Source of the DNA: a virus
Reading direction: 5' to 3' (one strand)
Virus record (IMG/VR): IMGVR_UViG_3300045988_148823
Span: 1 to 42,182 of that record
DNA: 42,182 nucleotides
Below, piece by piece: positions 1 to 8,749 of the stretch. The stretch's first letter is position 1; each line of letters starts with the position of its first letter. A model generated the notes under the pieces. That model was not told where the DNA came from and made no database searches. It saw only the letters and a program-made list of their open reading frames with translations. The position numbers and the translations under genes are program-made.

Positions 1-55
1 AGATGAATTAGCTACAGAACAGTTAATAGAAAAAGTAAATACTGTTGGTATAGAT
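1..55. repeat. Terminal direct repeat; bases 1-55 are identical to 42128-42182 (overlap of a circular or circularly permuted molecule)
   Basis: Read directly: agatgaattagctacagaacagttaatagaaaaagtaaatactgttggtatagat occurs at both ends, 55/55 identical. The sheath reading frame is continuous across it. Confidence 0.95.
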
Positions 56-220
56 TTAATAGCACAAAAGAAATGGCTTAAAGATAATACCAACTTAGAT
101 GTAAATGCTATGACTGAACAAGAAATAAAAGAAGCTAATACTCAATCAAATGTATTTATAGCTATATCTCTTAAAGTTGTTGACGCTATGGAAGATATAG
201 TAATAGCAGTTGAAATATAG
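1..220 (+). CDS. Tail sheath protein, C-terminal part (continuation of 41298..42182 across the junction)
   Basis: Frame is open from base 2 to TAG at 218-220 (DELATEQLIEKVNTVGIDLIAQKKWLKDN...MEDIVIAVEI*). Same frame and text as the 3' end of the ORF starting at 41298. Lies directly upstream of the tube gene. Confidence 0.85.
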   Translation, partial: DELATEQLIEKVNTVGIDLIAQKKWLKDNTNLDVNAMTEQEIKEANTQSNVFIAISLKVVDAMEDIVIAVEI

Positions 221-231
221 GAGGTGTATTT

Positions 232-657
232 ATGGCTATAGATGAAAGAAGAATAATGAACGGTACTCATGGTACTGTTTTTTTAGATGGAGAAGAAGTT
301 GCAGAAGTAAAATCATTTCAAGCTAAATTAGAATTCCAAAAGGAAGAAGTTAAGATAGCAGGGAAAATGGCTACTGGAACTAAATATATGGGTTACAGTG
401 GTAAAGGATCGTTAGCTTTACATAAAGTTAATTCGAGAATGATAAAAGCTATAGGGCAACAAATAAAAGAAGGTAAAGAGCCTAGATTTACTATAATAGG
501 TAAATTAGCAGACCCTGACTCTGATGGAGTTGAAAGAATAGCTATAAACAACGTATCATTTGATGATTTAACTTTGTTTGACTTTGAAGTTGGGGCATTA
601 GGTCAGACTGAATGTCCTTTCACATTTACAGATTATGACTTTTTAGATTTAATATAA
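232..657 (+). CDS. Tail tube protein (XkdM-like)
   Basis: 141 aa with RBS ggagg upstream. Sits between sheath and chaperone. Sequence resembles PBSX XkdM-type tube proteins (THGTVFLDGEEVAEVKSFQAKLEF, GYSGKGSLALHKVNSRM). Confidence 0.8.
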   Translation: MAIDERRIMNGTHGTVFLDGEEVAEVKSFQAKLEFQKEEVKIAGKMATGTKYMGYSGKGSLALHKVNSRMIKAIGQQIKEGKEPRFTIIGKLADPDSDGVERIAINNVSFDDLTLFDFEVGALGQTECPFTFTDYDFLDLI

Positions 658-725
658 TTCGTTTTTAGTAAGACTAGGATATTGCTCCTAGTCTTTATTT
701 TTATATACAAAGGAGAATATGGACT

Positions 726-1145
726 ATGAGTAATGTAATAGATTTACTTTTAAATGCAGATATAGAACAAATACAAAGACCTAGTAAAGAGGTTGAAATA
801 AAAAGATTATCTAATATATTTGGAGAAAAATTTACAGTTTTATGTAAGGCTTTAACTTATGACAAGTATAGCGAGATACAAGAAAATTGTATTGATATAA
901 CTACTAAAGAGCCTACGTTTGATTTACAAAAACTTCAAATAGAATTAGTTTTTAATGGTGTTTTTAACGCACAAGATGGAACAAGATTTTTCTCTAATAA
1001 AGAACTTCATAAAAAGTTTAAAGTTCCACATGGGAAAGAGTTAATTAAAAAACTTTTATTAAGTGGAGAAATAAGTGCATTAGCAGACGCTATAACTGAA
1101 TTAACTGGATATAAAGGTGATTTAATAGAAGAAGTAAAAAACTAA
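726..1145 (+). CDS. Tail assembly chaperone (XkdN-like), zero-frame product
   Basis: 139 aa located between tube and tape measure. Ends gtA AAA AAC taa, which contains a slippery heptamer. Confidence 0.75.
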   Translation: MSNVIDLLLNADIEQIQRPSKEVEIKRLSNIFGEKFTVLCKALTYDKYSEIQENCIDITTKEPTFDLQKLQIELVFNGVFNAQDGTRFFSNKELHKKFKVPHGKELIKKLLLSGEISALADAITELTGYKGDLIEEVKN

Positions 1146-1327
1146 TAAAGACTGATGATAATACATTCTTAATGTTTTATTTATTTCATAAGAAAAATAT
1201 CATTAGTCCAAAAGAAAGCTATAATCTATTAAATTCTATGGATAAAGGCGAAAAAGAAATACTTTTAGCTTTTATAAAACAAGAAATGGAAATAGAGCAG
1301 AAGAAAAACTCCTTAGAGGAGGTGTAA
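1136..1327 (+). CDS. -1 frameshift extension of the tail assembly chaperone (G/GT-type long form)
   Basis: A_AAA_AAC lies at 1136-1142 in the zero frame. The -1 frame is open from there to TAA at 1325-1327 (KKLIKTDDNTFLMFYLFHKKNIISPKESYNLL...KKNSLEEV*) and has no start codon or RBS of its own near its beginning. It ends 3 nt before the tape-measure ATG. Confidence 0.6.
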   Translation, partial: KKLIKTDDNTFLMFYLFHKKNIISPKESYNLLNSMDKGEKEILLAFIKQEMEIEQKKNSLEEV

Positions 1328-1330
1328 CAA

Positions 1331-2998
1331 ATGAGTAGTACAGAAAAAGTATTAAAAGCCAAAATTCAAGCAATAGATAATTTTACTAAGCCTATGCAAA
1401 AGGTAATTAGTCAAACTAAAACATTTCAAACTACTGCAAAAGCAGTTAAACCTTTAGTATTGAAAGCTAAAGATATGGCTAGTAAAGTTATATCTAAGGT
1501 AAAAGCACAAGTAGATAAATTTAAGGCTACTAAATTTGGTCAGTTTATCTTAAAAGCTAAGGATATGGCTAGTAAAGTGTTATCTAAAGTAAACGGAACA
1601 CTTCGAGCCTTTGCTGGTAAGGTTTGGAGTGCTACTGTATCAGTAAAAGATAAAGCTTCAAGTGTATTATCAAGTATACAAGGGAAACTAAGTGCATTAG
1701 CAGTTGGTGCTACTATTACAATTGGGGCAAAGACTGGGTTTAATGAATTAGCAAACGAACAAACTGAGAAATTAACCATAAATAGAGTAATCCAAAATAG
1801 CGGGAAATCCAAAGAAGAAGCTAGAAAATCAACTGATGAGTTCTATAAGTACTTAGAAGATTATGCAAATAAAACTCCTTTTGAAACTTCGGCAGTAACT
1901 CAATTTGGTACTAAGGCTATGATGATGTCAAAAGGTAATGTTGGCAATGCTAAAGAACTTACAAGTATGATGGGAAATGTTAAGGCATTTGTAGGAAATC
2001 TTAGAACAGAAACAGAAGTTGCAGAGGCTTTCTTTAGTGCTAGTAATGGCAATATGGAAATGCTTAATAATATGCTAGGAACTCAATATAAAACATTTGA
2101 AGAAGCTAAAAAAGGTATTGCTAAAAATCAAGGTGGATTAGTTGAAGAAATGTCTACTACCTTAGGTGGTTTATTATCTACTATAACGGGTAAAGTTAAA
2201 AATAGCTTAAAAGGTGTTACTAAAGTATTTGCTGATATGCTAAGTGGTAGTATGAGTGGGATAATAAGCTTTATAGATAGTATTTCACCTAAAATGGTTG
2301 CTATGGCTGAAAGTGTAAAAGCAGGTTTTGAAGCTTTCTCTAAGTCCGAACAAGCTAGTCAATATATGCAAATATTTAAAACTGTATTTGAAGTTGCTTG
2401 GAATTTAGTAAAAAGCACTATAGAAGCAGTAAGGCCAGTTGTAGAAGCTATATTTAACTTTATAGCACAACATTCTACTGAAATATCAACTATAGTTCAA
2501 ACATTTGGTATTGTATGGCAATCAGTATGGAAAACAGTCGGTGTACTTTTACAAGGTGCTTGGAGTATATGTGAGCCTATATTAAGTACATTGATAGAAG
2601 CATTAGCTAAAGTCCAAGGTGCAGTTGAAAAAATATGTGAGTGGTGGAACAAGATGACTGAACTTCTTAAAACTCCTATAAACGCAGTTGTGAATGTAGT
2701 GAAAAAAGGTGCTTCATGGGTAAGTGATAAACTTGATAAATTAGGGTTGTCAGAAGGAAACAATGCTTTTGGTAGTGGTAGAATTGCAAGAGATGGAACT
2801 GTAAGAACGCTTCACGAAGGAGAAAAAATTCTGACAAAACAAGAGGCAAATAGATACGACAAAGGTCAAAATACTAATAGCATAAATGTAGTTGTAAATG
2901 GTTTAACAGTAAGAGAAGAATCTGATATTAATAAAATAGCTTCTCAATTACTTAAGAAAATAAATGAAAGTAAAATAGTTTATGCAGGAGGTTATTAA
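1331..2998 (+). CDS. Tail tape measure protein
   Basis: 555 aa and helical. Internal repeat LKAKDMASKV(I/L)SKV occurs twice. Gly/Ala-rich hydrophobic central part. Located directly after the chaperone pair. Confidence 0.85.
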   Translation: MSSTEKVLKAKIQAIDNFTKPMQKVISQTKTFQTTAKAVKPLVLKAKDMASKVISKVKAQVDKFKATKFGQFILKAKDMASKVLSKVNGTLRAFAGKVWSATVSVKDKASSVLSSIQGKLSALAVGATITIGAKTGFNELANEQTEKLTINRVIQNSGKSKEEARKSTDEFYKYLEDYANKTPFETSAVTQFGTKAMMMSKGNVGNAKELTSMMGNVKAFVGNLRTETEVAEAFFSASNGNMEMLNNMLGTQYKTFEEAKKGIAKNQGGLVEEMSTTLGGLLSTITGKVKNSLKGVTKVFADMLSGSMSGIISFIDSISPKMVAMAESVKAGFEAFSKSEQASQYMQIFKTVFEVAWNLVKSTIEAVRPVVEAIFNFIAQHSTEISTIVQTFGIVWQSVWKTVGVLLQGAWSICEPILSTLIEALAKVQGAVEKICEWWNKMTELLKTPINAVVNVVKKGASWVSDKLDKLGLSEGNNAFGSGRIARDGTVRTLHEGEKILTKQEANRYDKGQNTNSINVVVNGLTVREESDINKIASQLLKKINESKIVYAGGY

Positions 2999-3657
2999 TG
3001 GAAATATATCTAGGAACAGATAATGACAAAATAAGATTTCCAGTAGTACCTTCATCTATTGGAGTAAATAGAAGTAATAATATAGATACTCAAGCAGTTA
3101 TAAAACTTGGAGAAGTGCCTATATTTAATGGTACATCACTTAAAACTATTGAATTTACTAGCTTTTTCCCTAATCAAGAATATAGTTTCTGTGATTATAC
3201 TGGATTTATGAAACCTTATGAATTCAGTGAAAAAATACAAAAGTGGATGTATGAGGGTAAACCTTTAAGAGTTATTGTTACTGATAGTCCGACTAATATG
3301 CAGTGCTTAATTCAACAATTTGATACAGTTGAACAAGACGGAACTAGAGATCTATATTTCACATTAAACTTATTAGAATATAGACCTATTGAAGTGCCTA
3401 GTTTAAGCAGTAGTAATACAAGTAGTAATTTAAATAATACTCAAAATACAAGTAGACCTAGTGAAGCAAGTAATAATTCAAGTAGTAGCCAAAAAACTCA
3501 CAAAGTAGTAAAAGGTGATTGCCTTTATGATATAGCCAAAAAATATTATGGTAAAGGTAGTTTATACCCTAAAATTAAAGAAGCTAATAAAAGTAAATAT
3601 CCATCACTAGCTAAAAGCAATGTTATATATACTTCTTGGGAGTTGATAATTCCATGA
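2998..3657 (+). CDS. LysM-domain tail protein (XkdP-like)
   Basis: C-terminal LysM-like segment HKVVKGDCLYDIAKKYYGKGSLYPKIKEANKSKYPSLAKSNVIYTSWELIIP. Ser/Asn-rich linker. Position follows the tape measure. Confidence 0.8.
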   Translation: MEIYLGTDNDKIRFPVVPSSIGVNRSNNIDTQAVIKLGEVPIFNGTSLKTIEFTSFFPNQEYSFCDYTGFMKPYEFSEKIQKWMYEGKPLRVIVTDSPTNMQCLIQQFDTVEQDGTRDLYFTLNLLEYRPIEVPSLSSSNTSSNLNNTQNTSRPSEASNNSSSSQKTHKVVKGDCLYDIAKKYYGKGSLYPKIKEANKSKYPSLAKSNVIYTSWELIIP

Positions 3658-5060
3658 TTAAATTAATATGCCAAAAGGTTAATGGAGAAAAACTTGATCT
3701 AACTAATTTATTAATTAATGTTACTTGGAGTGGGGATTATAAAAGTTGTGCTAGAAAACTTGAATTTTCTTTGATAAGTAGTCCTATGGATAAAAATATT
3801 CCTAAAGTTGATATACCTTTAATGAGTGTTATTAGTTTCTACGAAGATGATAACGAATTATTTAAGGGTTTTGTGTATGAAAGAGAAAAATCAAGTGATA
3901 ATAGTATGAGTTTCCTATGCTATGACTATTGTGCAAAGCTTAATGATATAAAAGTATCTTATAATATAAAGAATGAAACTGCATCTAGTATATATAATAA
4001 ATTCTTAACCGAATATAAGCTTAATAAAGGTGATATAGTTCAAGCTAATACTAAAATCAAGAAAGTATTTTTAGGAACTACTGCTTATGATATGATTATG
4101 ACCGCTTACACAGAAGAAGCTAAAAAGACTGGTAAAAAATATATGTTATATAGTAAAGGTGATAAATTTTATTCTACTGAAAAAGGTATTATTAAGCTTA
4201 GCTTATCTTTTGAAGAGGGTAAAAACATATTATCAAGTAGTTTTAAAGAATCTGTATCAAATATGGTTAATAAAGTATTAATTGTAGATGAAAACGGAAA
4301 TAAAGTATCAGAAGTAAAAAATGATGATTGGCACAAAGCTTATGGATTATTTCAAGATGTTTATAAGCAACAAGAAGGAAAAGACAGTAATACAGAAGCT
4401 AAAGCAATGCTAAAAGATATTGAGCAAACTTGCAGTCTAACTGGTTTTGGTGATACTACTTGTATAACTGGATATGGCGTTCAAGTTAAAGATTCTTATA
4501 CTGGATTAGTAGGTTTATTTTATATAGATAGTGATACTCATACTTGGTGTGGTGGGAATTATACTATAGACCTAGAATTAAATTTTAAAAATATTATGAA
4601 TGAAGTATCTAGTGGGCAAGATGAACAAACCGAAACAAGTTCAAGTTCATCAAGTTCAAGCAGTTCTACTTCAAGTAGTAGCAGTTCAAATTCTATAGGT
4701 GATAAGTTAGTTAGCTTAGCTAAATCAAAGCTTGGTTGCAAATATGTATGGGGTGCAACTGGACCTAATACATTCGACTGTAGCGGACTTACGAGTTGGT
4801 GTTATAAACAAGTTGGTATATCTATTCCTCGTACTTCTTTAGCACAGTCTAAAGGTGGTAAGGCAGTTAGTAAATCTAACTTACAACCTGGGGATTTACT
4901 ATTTTGGAAAACTACAAGTGCTGAAGTTGGTCATGTTGGAATGTATGTTGGTAATGGTCAATTTATTCACGCACCTAACAAGTCTAAGCCAGTAAAATAC
5001 GATAGTTTAAGCAATTCTTATTATTCTTCAAGATTTGTAAGAGCAAGGAGGTATTATTAA
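3654..5060 (+). CDS. Tail/baseplate hub protein (XkdQ-like) fused to a C-terminal NlpC/P60 endopeptidase
   Basis: ATG at 3654 overlaps the upstream stop (ATGA); the track's TTG at 3636 is less likely. Poly-Ser linker at about 4636-4694. NlpC/P60 motifs are FDCSGLTSWCY and GHVGMYVGNGQFIHAP. Confidence 0.8.
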   Translation: MIKLICQKVNGEKLDLTNLLINVTWSGDYKSCARKLEFSLISSPMDKNIPKVDIPLMSVISFYEDDNELFKGFVYEREKSSDNSMSFLCYDYCAKLNDIKVSYNIKNETASSIYNKFLTEYKLNKGDIVQANTKIKKVFLGTTAYDMIMTAYTEEAKKTGKKYMLYSKGDKFYSTEKGIIKLSLSFEEGKNILSSSFKESVSNMVNKVLIVDENGNKVSEVKNDDWHKAYGLFQDVYKQQEGKDSNTEAKAMLKDIEQTCSLTGFGDTTCITGYGVQVKDSYTGLVGLFYIDSDTHTWCGGNYTIDLELNFKNIMNEVSSGQDEQTETSSSSSSSSSSTSSSSSSNSIGDKLVSLAKSKLGCKYVWGATGPNTFDCSGLTSWCYKQVGISIPRTSLAQSKGGKAVSKSNLQPGDLLFWKTTSAEVGHVGMYVGNGQFIHAPNKSKPVKYDSLSNSYYSSRFVRARRYY

Positions 5061-5061
5061 T

Positions 5062-5367
5062 ATGAAAAATCCATTTTTAGAATTATATGAGATTATGGGT
5101 GAAGCTACTAAAATTGAAGCTTCTTTTTTTATTGCTAAAGTAGTATCTCCATTGCCTAATTTAAAAGTTAATCTTAATGATCTAGTATTAGATAAGGATG
5201 ATTTTTTAATAAGTAAAAGCTTATTGCTATCAAATAACGCTAATATAACTGTTTCTGAATGTAGCATTGAACATAATCTTAGAGATACATTAAACGTTAA
5301 TGATAAAGTTGTTTTATTAAAAGTAGATGATAAATTTATAATATTAAGCAAGGTGGTGAGTATATGA
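5062..5367 (+). CDS. Small baseplate-associated protein (XkdR-like)
   Basis: 101 aa. Segment AKVVSPLPNLKVNLNDLVLDKDDFLI resembles the XkdR family. Gene order is conserved. Confidence 0.55.
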   Translation: MKNPFLELYEIMGEATKIEASFFIAKVVSPLPNLKVNLNDLVLDKDDFLISKSLLLSNNANITVSECSIEHNLRDTLNVNDKVVLLKVDDKFIILSKVVSI

Positions 5368-5786
5368 GTTTATTTCCTTTTGTAAGTAATGTTGATGATG
5401 TAAAAGCAGATAATAGCTTCCCCCTATATAAAGAAATAGCTTGGAACTTTAAAAGGAATATTCCTATAATAGAAAACAGGGAATTCAAAATTGTTGAAGG
5501 CAATGAAGCTATAAAGGTATGGGTATATAAAGCATTATTAACTCCGAGGTATCAATATTCAATTTATACTTGGAATTATGGAAGTGAATTAATGGATCTA
5601 ATAGGTAAAGCATATACTCCTTCTCTTACTAAATCAGAAGCTAAAAGACTTATAAAAGAAGCACTTGAAATTAATCCATATATTTTAGAAGTTGAAATAA
5701 CTGATATAAGTTTTAAAGATAGCTTATTAAGTGCTACTGTAAAAGTAAAGACAATTTACGAGGGTGAGGTGATAGTAAATGTCTAA
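5364..5786 (+). CDS. Baseplate protein (XkdS-like)
   Basis: 140 aa. Segment EAIKVWVYKALLTPRYQYSIYTWNYGSELMDLIG is typical of XkdS-like proteins. Overlaps neighbouring genes by 4-8 nt. Confidence 0.7.
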   Translation: MSLFPFVSNVDDVKADNSFPLYKEIAWNFKRNIPIIENREFKIVEGNEAIKVWVYKALLTPRYQYSIYTWNYGSELMDLIGKAYTPSLTKSEAKRLIKEALEINPYILEVEITDISFKDSLLSATVKVKTIYEGEVIVNV

Positions 5787-6813
5787 TACTTATGAAAATA
5801 TAAAACAAAGAATACTTGATAATATAAATATAGATATAGACAAAAGAGAAGGTAGCTTTACTTCAAATATGGTAAGTGCATTAGCAGAAGAACTTGCAAA
5901 AGCTTATATAAATATGAGTGATATACTAAGCCTTGGCTTTATAGAAGATACCTTTGATACTTTCTTAGATAAAAGGGTGAGCGAATTTGGGGTGTATAGA
6001 AAACAAGGAACTAAGGCTATAGGAGAAATAAAAGTTGAAGGTAAAGAAGGTGTAACTATTGAAAATGGCACACTTGTAAAAGCTAACGACTTATATTTTA
6101 CAGTATTAAATGATATAGAACTTCCAACAGATAATATTTTATATGTAGAAGCTAACGAAGTAGGATATAAATATAACTTACTTGCAAATACTGAATTTGA
6201 GCTAGTTGAAAAGAATGATAAAGTAACTAAATTAGTAAATGAAACTGACTTCTCAAAAGGTGTAGATGTTGAAAGTGATGAAGATCTAAGAAAAAGATTT
6301 GTTAAAGTTGTAAATAACCCAAGTACAAGTGGAAATAAGGCACACTATGAAGAATGGGCTTTAGAAGTTGATGGAGTTGGAAGGGTTATAGTTTATCCTT
6401 TATGGAATGGCAACGGTACTGTAAAAGTAATGATAATAGGTAACGATAATAAACCAGTTACGGAAGAAATAATTGAAAATTGTAAACTTCATATTGAAGA
6501 AAATATGCCTATAGGATGCCAATTAACTGTCATTACTCCTAGCTTGTTAAATGTGGCTATAAATGCTTCTGTAGAGGTTAAAGTAGGTTATACCTTAGAG
6601 GATATTAAAGCAGACTTTGAAGCTTCTTTAAATGATTATTTAAAAGAGATTACAACGGAATTAACTTATTCTAAAGTGTATGGGTTATTAGCTAATCATG
6701 TTGGGGTAGAAGATATATCAATGTTAAAATTGAATAATTCTAGTAATAACATAACAATATCAGAAGATAAAATAATAAATATATCAGAAATAAATTTTAG
6801 TGAGGTGGTTTAG
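5779..6813 (+). CDS. Baseplate J-like protein (XkdT-like)
   Basis: 344 aa. Size, position and overall look match the Baseplate_J family (NPSTSGNKAHYEEWALEVDGVGRV). Confidence 0.8.
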   Translation: MSNTYENIKQRILDNINIDIDKREGSFTSNMVSALAEELAKAYINMSDILSLGFIEDTFDTFLDKRVSEFGVYRKQGTKAIGEIKVEGKEGVTIENGTLVKANDLYFTVLNDIELPTDNILYVEANEVGYKYNLLANTEFELVEKNDKVTKLVNETDFSKGVDVESDEDLRKRFVKVVNNPSTSGNKAHYEEWALEVDGVGRVIVYPLWNGNGTVKVMIIGNDNKPVTEEIIENCKLHIEENMPIGCQLTVITPSLLNVAINASVEVKVGYTLEDIKADFEASLNDYLKEITTELTYSKVYGLLANHVGVEDISMLKLNNSSNNITISEDKIINISEINFSEVV

Positions 6814-7356
6814 TTGAGTTTAATCAATAAGCTACCTTCTTTTTATGATAATGATATTACTAAACCTATACAAGATTCTTTTACTGTAGAAGCTAATTCT
6901 ATAAATGATGAAGTTGAAAACACATTAAATCAATTTTATGTTGATAGTGCAACTTATGGGCTTGATAAGTGGGAGGCTATGCTTGGTATATCTAAAAATA
7001 ACTTTGACTTCTTAACTAGGCGAGAAAATGTAAAAGCTAAAATGAGAAGTAAAGGAACAACAACTTTTACTATGATTAAAAATTTATGTGAAGCTTATTC
7101 TAATGGGATAGTTGAAATCAATGTAGATCATAGTAATTATAGCTTTGAGATAGTTTTTATATCAACTATAGGTGTGCCTTTAAGTTTTGAAGAACTTGAC
7201 AGAGTAATAAATGAAATAAAGCCATGTCATTTAGCACATAGTTACAAATTTAATTACAACACAAATAAAGATGTGTCTAAGTATACACATGAAGAATTAG
7301 CTTCCTATACACATGAAGAAATTAGAAACTCAAGTGAATTGAGAGGTGGTCAATAA
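6814..7356 (+). CDS. Tail protein (XkdU/YmfQ-like)
   Basis: TTG start abuts the upstream stop. Segment LPSFYDNDITKPIQ...FYVDSATYGLDKWEAMLGI is characteristic of the family. Confidence 0.7.
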   Translation: MSLINKLPSFYDNDITKPIQDSFTVEANSINDEVENTLNQFYVDSATYGLDKWEAMLGISKNNFDFLTRRENVKAKMRSKGTTTFTMIKNLCEAYSNGIVEINVDHSNYSFEIVFISTIGVPLSFEELDRVINEIKPCHLAHSYKFNYNTNKDVSKYTHEELASYTHEEIRNSSELRGGQ

Positions 7357-7685
7357 TGGCTAGTAAATATTTAAAAAATAGCGAAGGAATAGTAAAAGCT
7401 ATAACAACTAATAATTTACAACTTGAAAAGCCTATGCTAAACGAAAACTATGATATTGATGTTCATAATAGAAACATGGATAAGATAGATAATGCTATTC
7501 AAGAAGTAAAGGGTAGAATTGATGGTTTGGAATTAGTGGCAAGTAATGTAAAAATGGCAGATGGTACAACAGTAGAAGCTACTGTTTCAGCTAATAAATC
7601 AAGTATTTTAGAATTACAAAATGAACTAGGAACAAATAAAACTACTCTACAAAATAATATAAATGCAATAAGAGAGGTGTTATAA
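7356..7685 (+). CDS. Putative tail-fibre-associated coiled-coil protein
   Basis: 109 aa. Contains the LEKP..NENYDIDVHNRNMDKIDNAI motif common at N-termini of Firmicute phage fibre proteins. Start overlaps the upstream stop. Confidence 0.4.
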   Translation: MASKYLKNSEGIVKAITTNNLQLEKPMLNENYDIDVHNRNMDKIDNAIQEVKGRIDGLELVASNVKMADGTTVEATVSANKSSILELQNELGTNKTTLQNNINAIREVL

Positions 7686-8180
7686 ATGGCAACTCTTAAA
7701 CAATTAGTTGATGAAACTACGAAAATAAAAAATGAATTAAAAACTTGTCATACTAATTTGAAAAGTAATCTTATAGAAAAAAGCGTTGAATGTAGCGATA
7801 CAGATAAGTTATTAAGCTTAGTTGGTAAAGTTGGAGAAATTGAACTAGGTAAGAAATGGGCTAATGGAGAACATATCGTAAACTTTCCTAGTACATTTGT
7901 TTATAGTGTAGAGATTGATTTGAGTAATTTATCATTTACACCTTCCGTTGTAGTATGTGAGTTAAAAAATATAGAAGCTTGGAATAGTACAGGAGGGTTA
8001 ACAATTAAAGAACCTGTACTTATGAATGGTAAACAAATATCAGTTACTGATACTCAGCATAATATCACTGCTTGTAGTTGTTCATTTCACTCAAAAAAGA
8101 TTATTTTAAGTCCTACAAATAGGTTTATGAGAGTTTCAACGTCTTTAAGTGCTAAAATTATTTGGTATGCTTACGAATAG
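7686..8180 (+). CDS. Hypothetical tail-module protein
   Basis: 164-aa ORF, tightly packed within the fibre region. No recognisable motif. Confidence 0.4.
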   Translation: MATLKQLVDETTKIKNELKTCHTNLKSNLIEKSVECSDTDKLLSLVGKVGEIELGKKWANGEHIVNFPSTFVYSVEIDLSNLSFTPSVVVCELKNIEAWNSTGGLTIKEPVLMNGKQISVTDTQHNITACSCSFHSKKIILSPTNRFMRVSTSLSAKIIWYAYE

Positions 8181-8192
8181 GGGTGATAAGCT

Positions 8193-8738
8193 ATGAAAAA
8201 AATAGGAACTAAAATATATTATTGCTTGACAAGTGGAAATGTAATAAAAATCATAGGTGATTGTCAAGGATATGTAAGAGAAACAACTTTTGATGAAGAT
8301 TATGAAATATATTCAGAACTAAAAGAAAGAGAAAAATCTAGTATAGGACTTCTTCAATTTGAGTATGGGGAATATCCTAAATTATCTCAAGGTAGTACAG
8401 GAGTAACAGTTAATATTGAAACTAAAGAATTAATATTTAATTATGATGAATTACCACAAGAACCACAAGAGCCACAAGAACCTACTGAAATTGAAAAAAT
8501 CAAAATAGAACAAGAGCAACAAAACAAAGATATATTAATTAATATGTTAGCTACTACGGAAATGTATGAAATCAATAGAACTCTTAATATATCAACGCTT
8601 GAAAGTGATTCAGAGGTAAAAACAATTAAAAAAGCCCCTACTTATATTCAGTCTACTTATCAAAGGCTTTATGAATTAGGAATAAAGAAACTAGAAGAAA
8701 TTCCTTTCGAGATAAGAATAAATTTAAAAGCAAAATAG
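8193..8738 (+). CDS. Hypothetical tail-module protein with PQE tandem repeat
   Basis: 181 aa. PQEPQEPQEP is encoded at 8454-8483. RBS ggggtga upstream. Confidence 0.4.
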   Translation: MKKIGTKIYYCLTSGNVIKIIGDCQGYVRETTFDEDYEIYSELKEREKSSIGLLQFEYGEYPKLSQGSTGVTVNIETKELIFNYDELPQEPQEPQEPTEIEKIKIEQEQQNKDILINMLATTEMYEINRTLNISTLESDSEVKTIKKAPTYIQSTYQRLYELGIKKLEEIPFEIRINLKAK

Positions 8739-8749
8739 GAGGTGCTTAA

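Noticed and set aside
1152-1158. CTGATGA strings at 1152 and 32087 as hammerhead ribozyme cores
   Set aside because: These are isolated 7-mers without the matching GAAA element and three-stem context. One lies in the chaperone frameshift extension (1136..1327) and the other inside the 31991..32389 late-activator gene.
1540-1812. Antisense track ORFs inside long + strand genes: 1540..1812, 2497..2763, 4559..4741, 5028..5351, 9358..9564, 10866..11129, 11273..11470, 15199..15399, 21085..21363, 24759..24992, 25454..25768, 26045..26227, 27515..27721, 34456..34692, 41459..41689, 41577..41768 and 41810..42064
   Set aside because: All lie opposite well-supported coding regions. They lack ribosome-binding sites and have Leu/Ile/Phe/Ser-rich shadow-frame composition. 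They are typical antisense artefacts of AT-rich DNA.
4636-4694. Poly-Ser (4636-4694) and PQE (8454-8483) nucleotide repeats as independent repeat elements
   Set aside because: Both are in frame within long ORFs and simply encode flexible linkers. They are noted under the respective genes.
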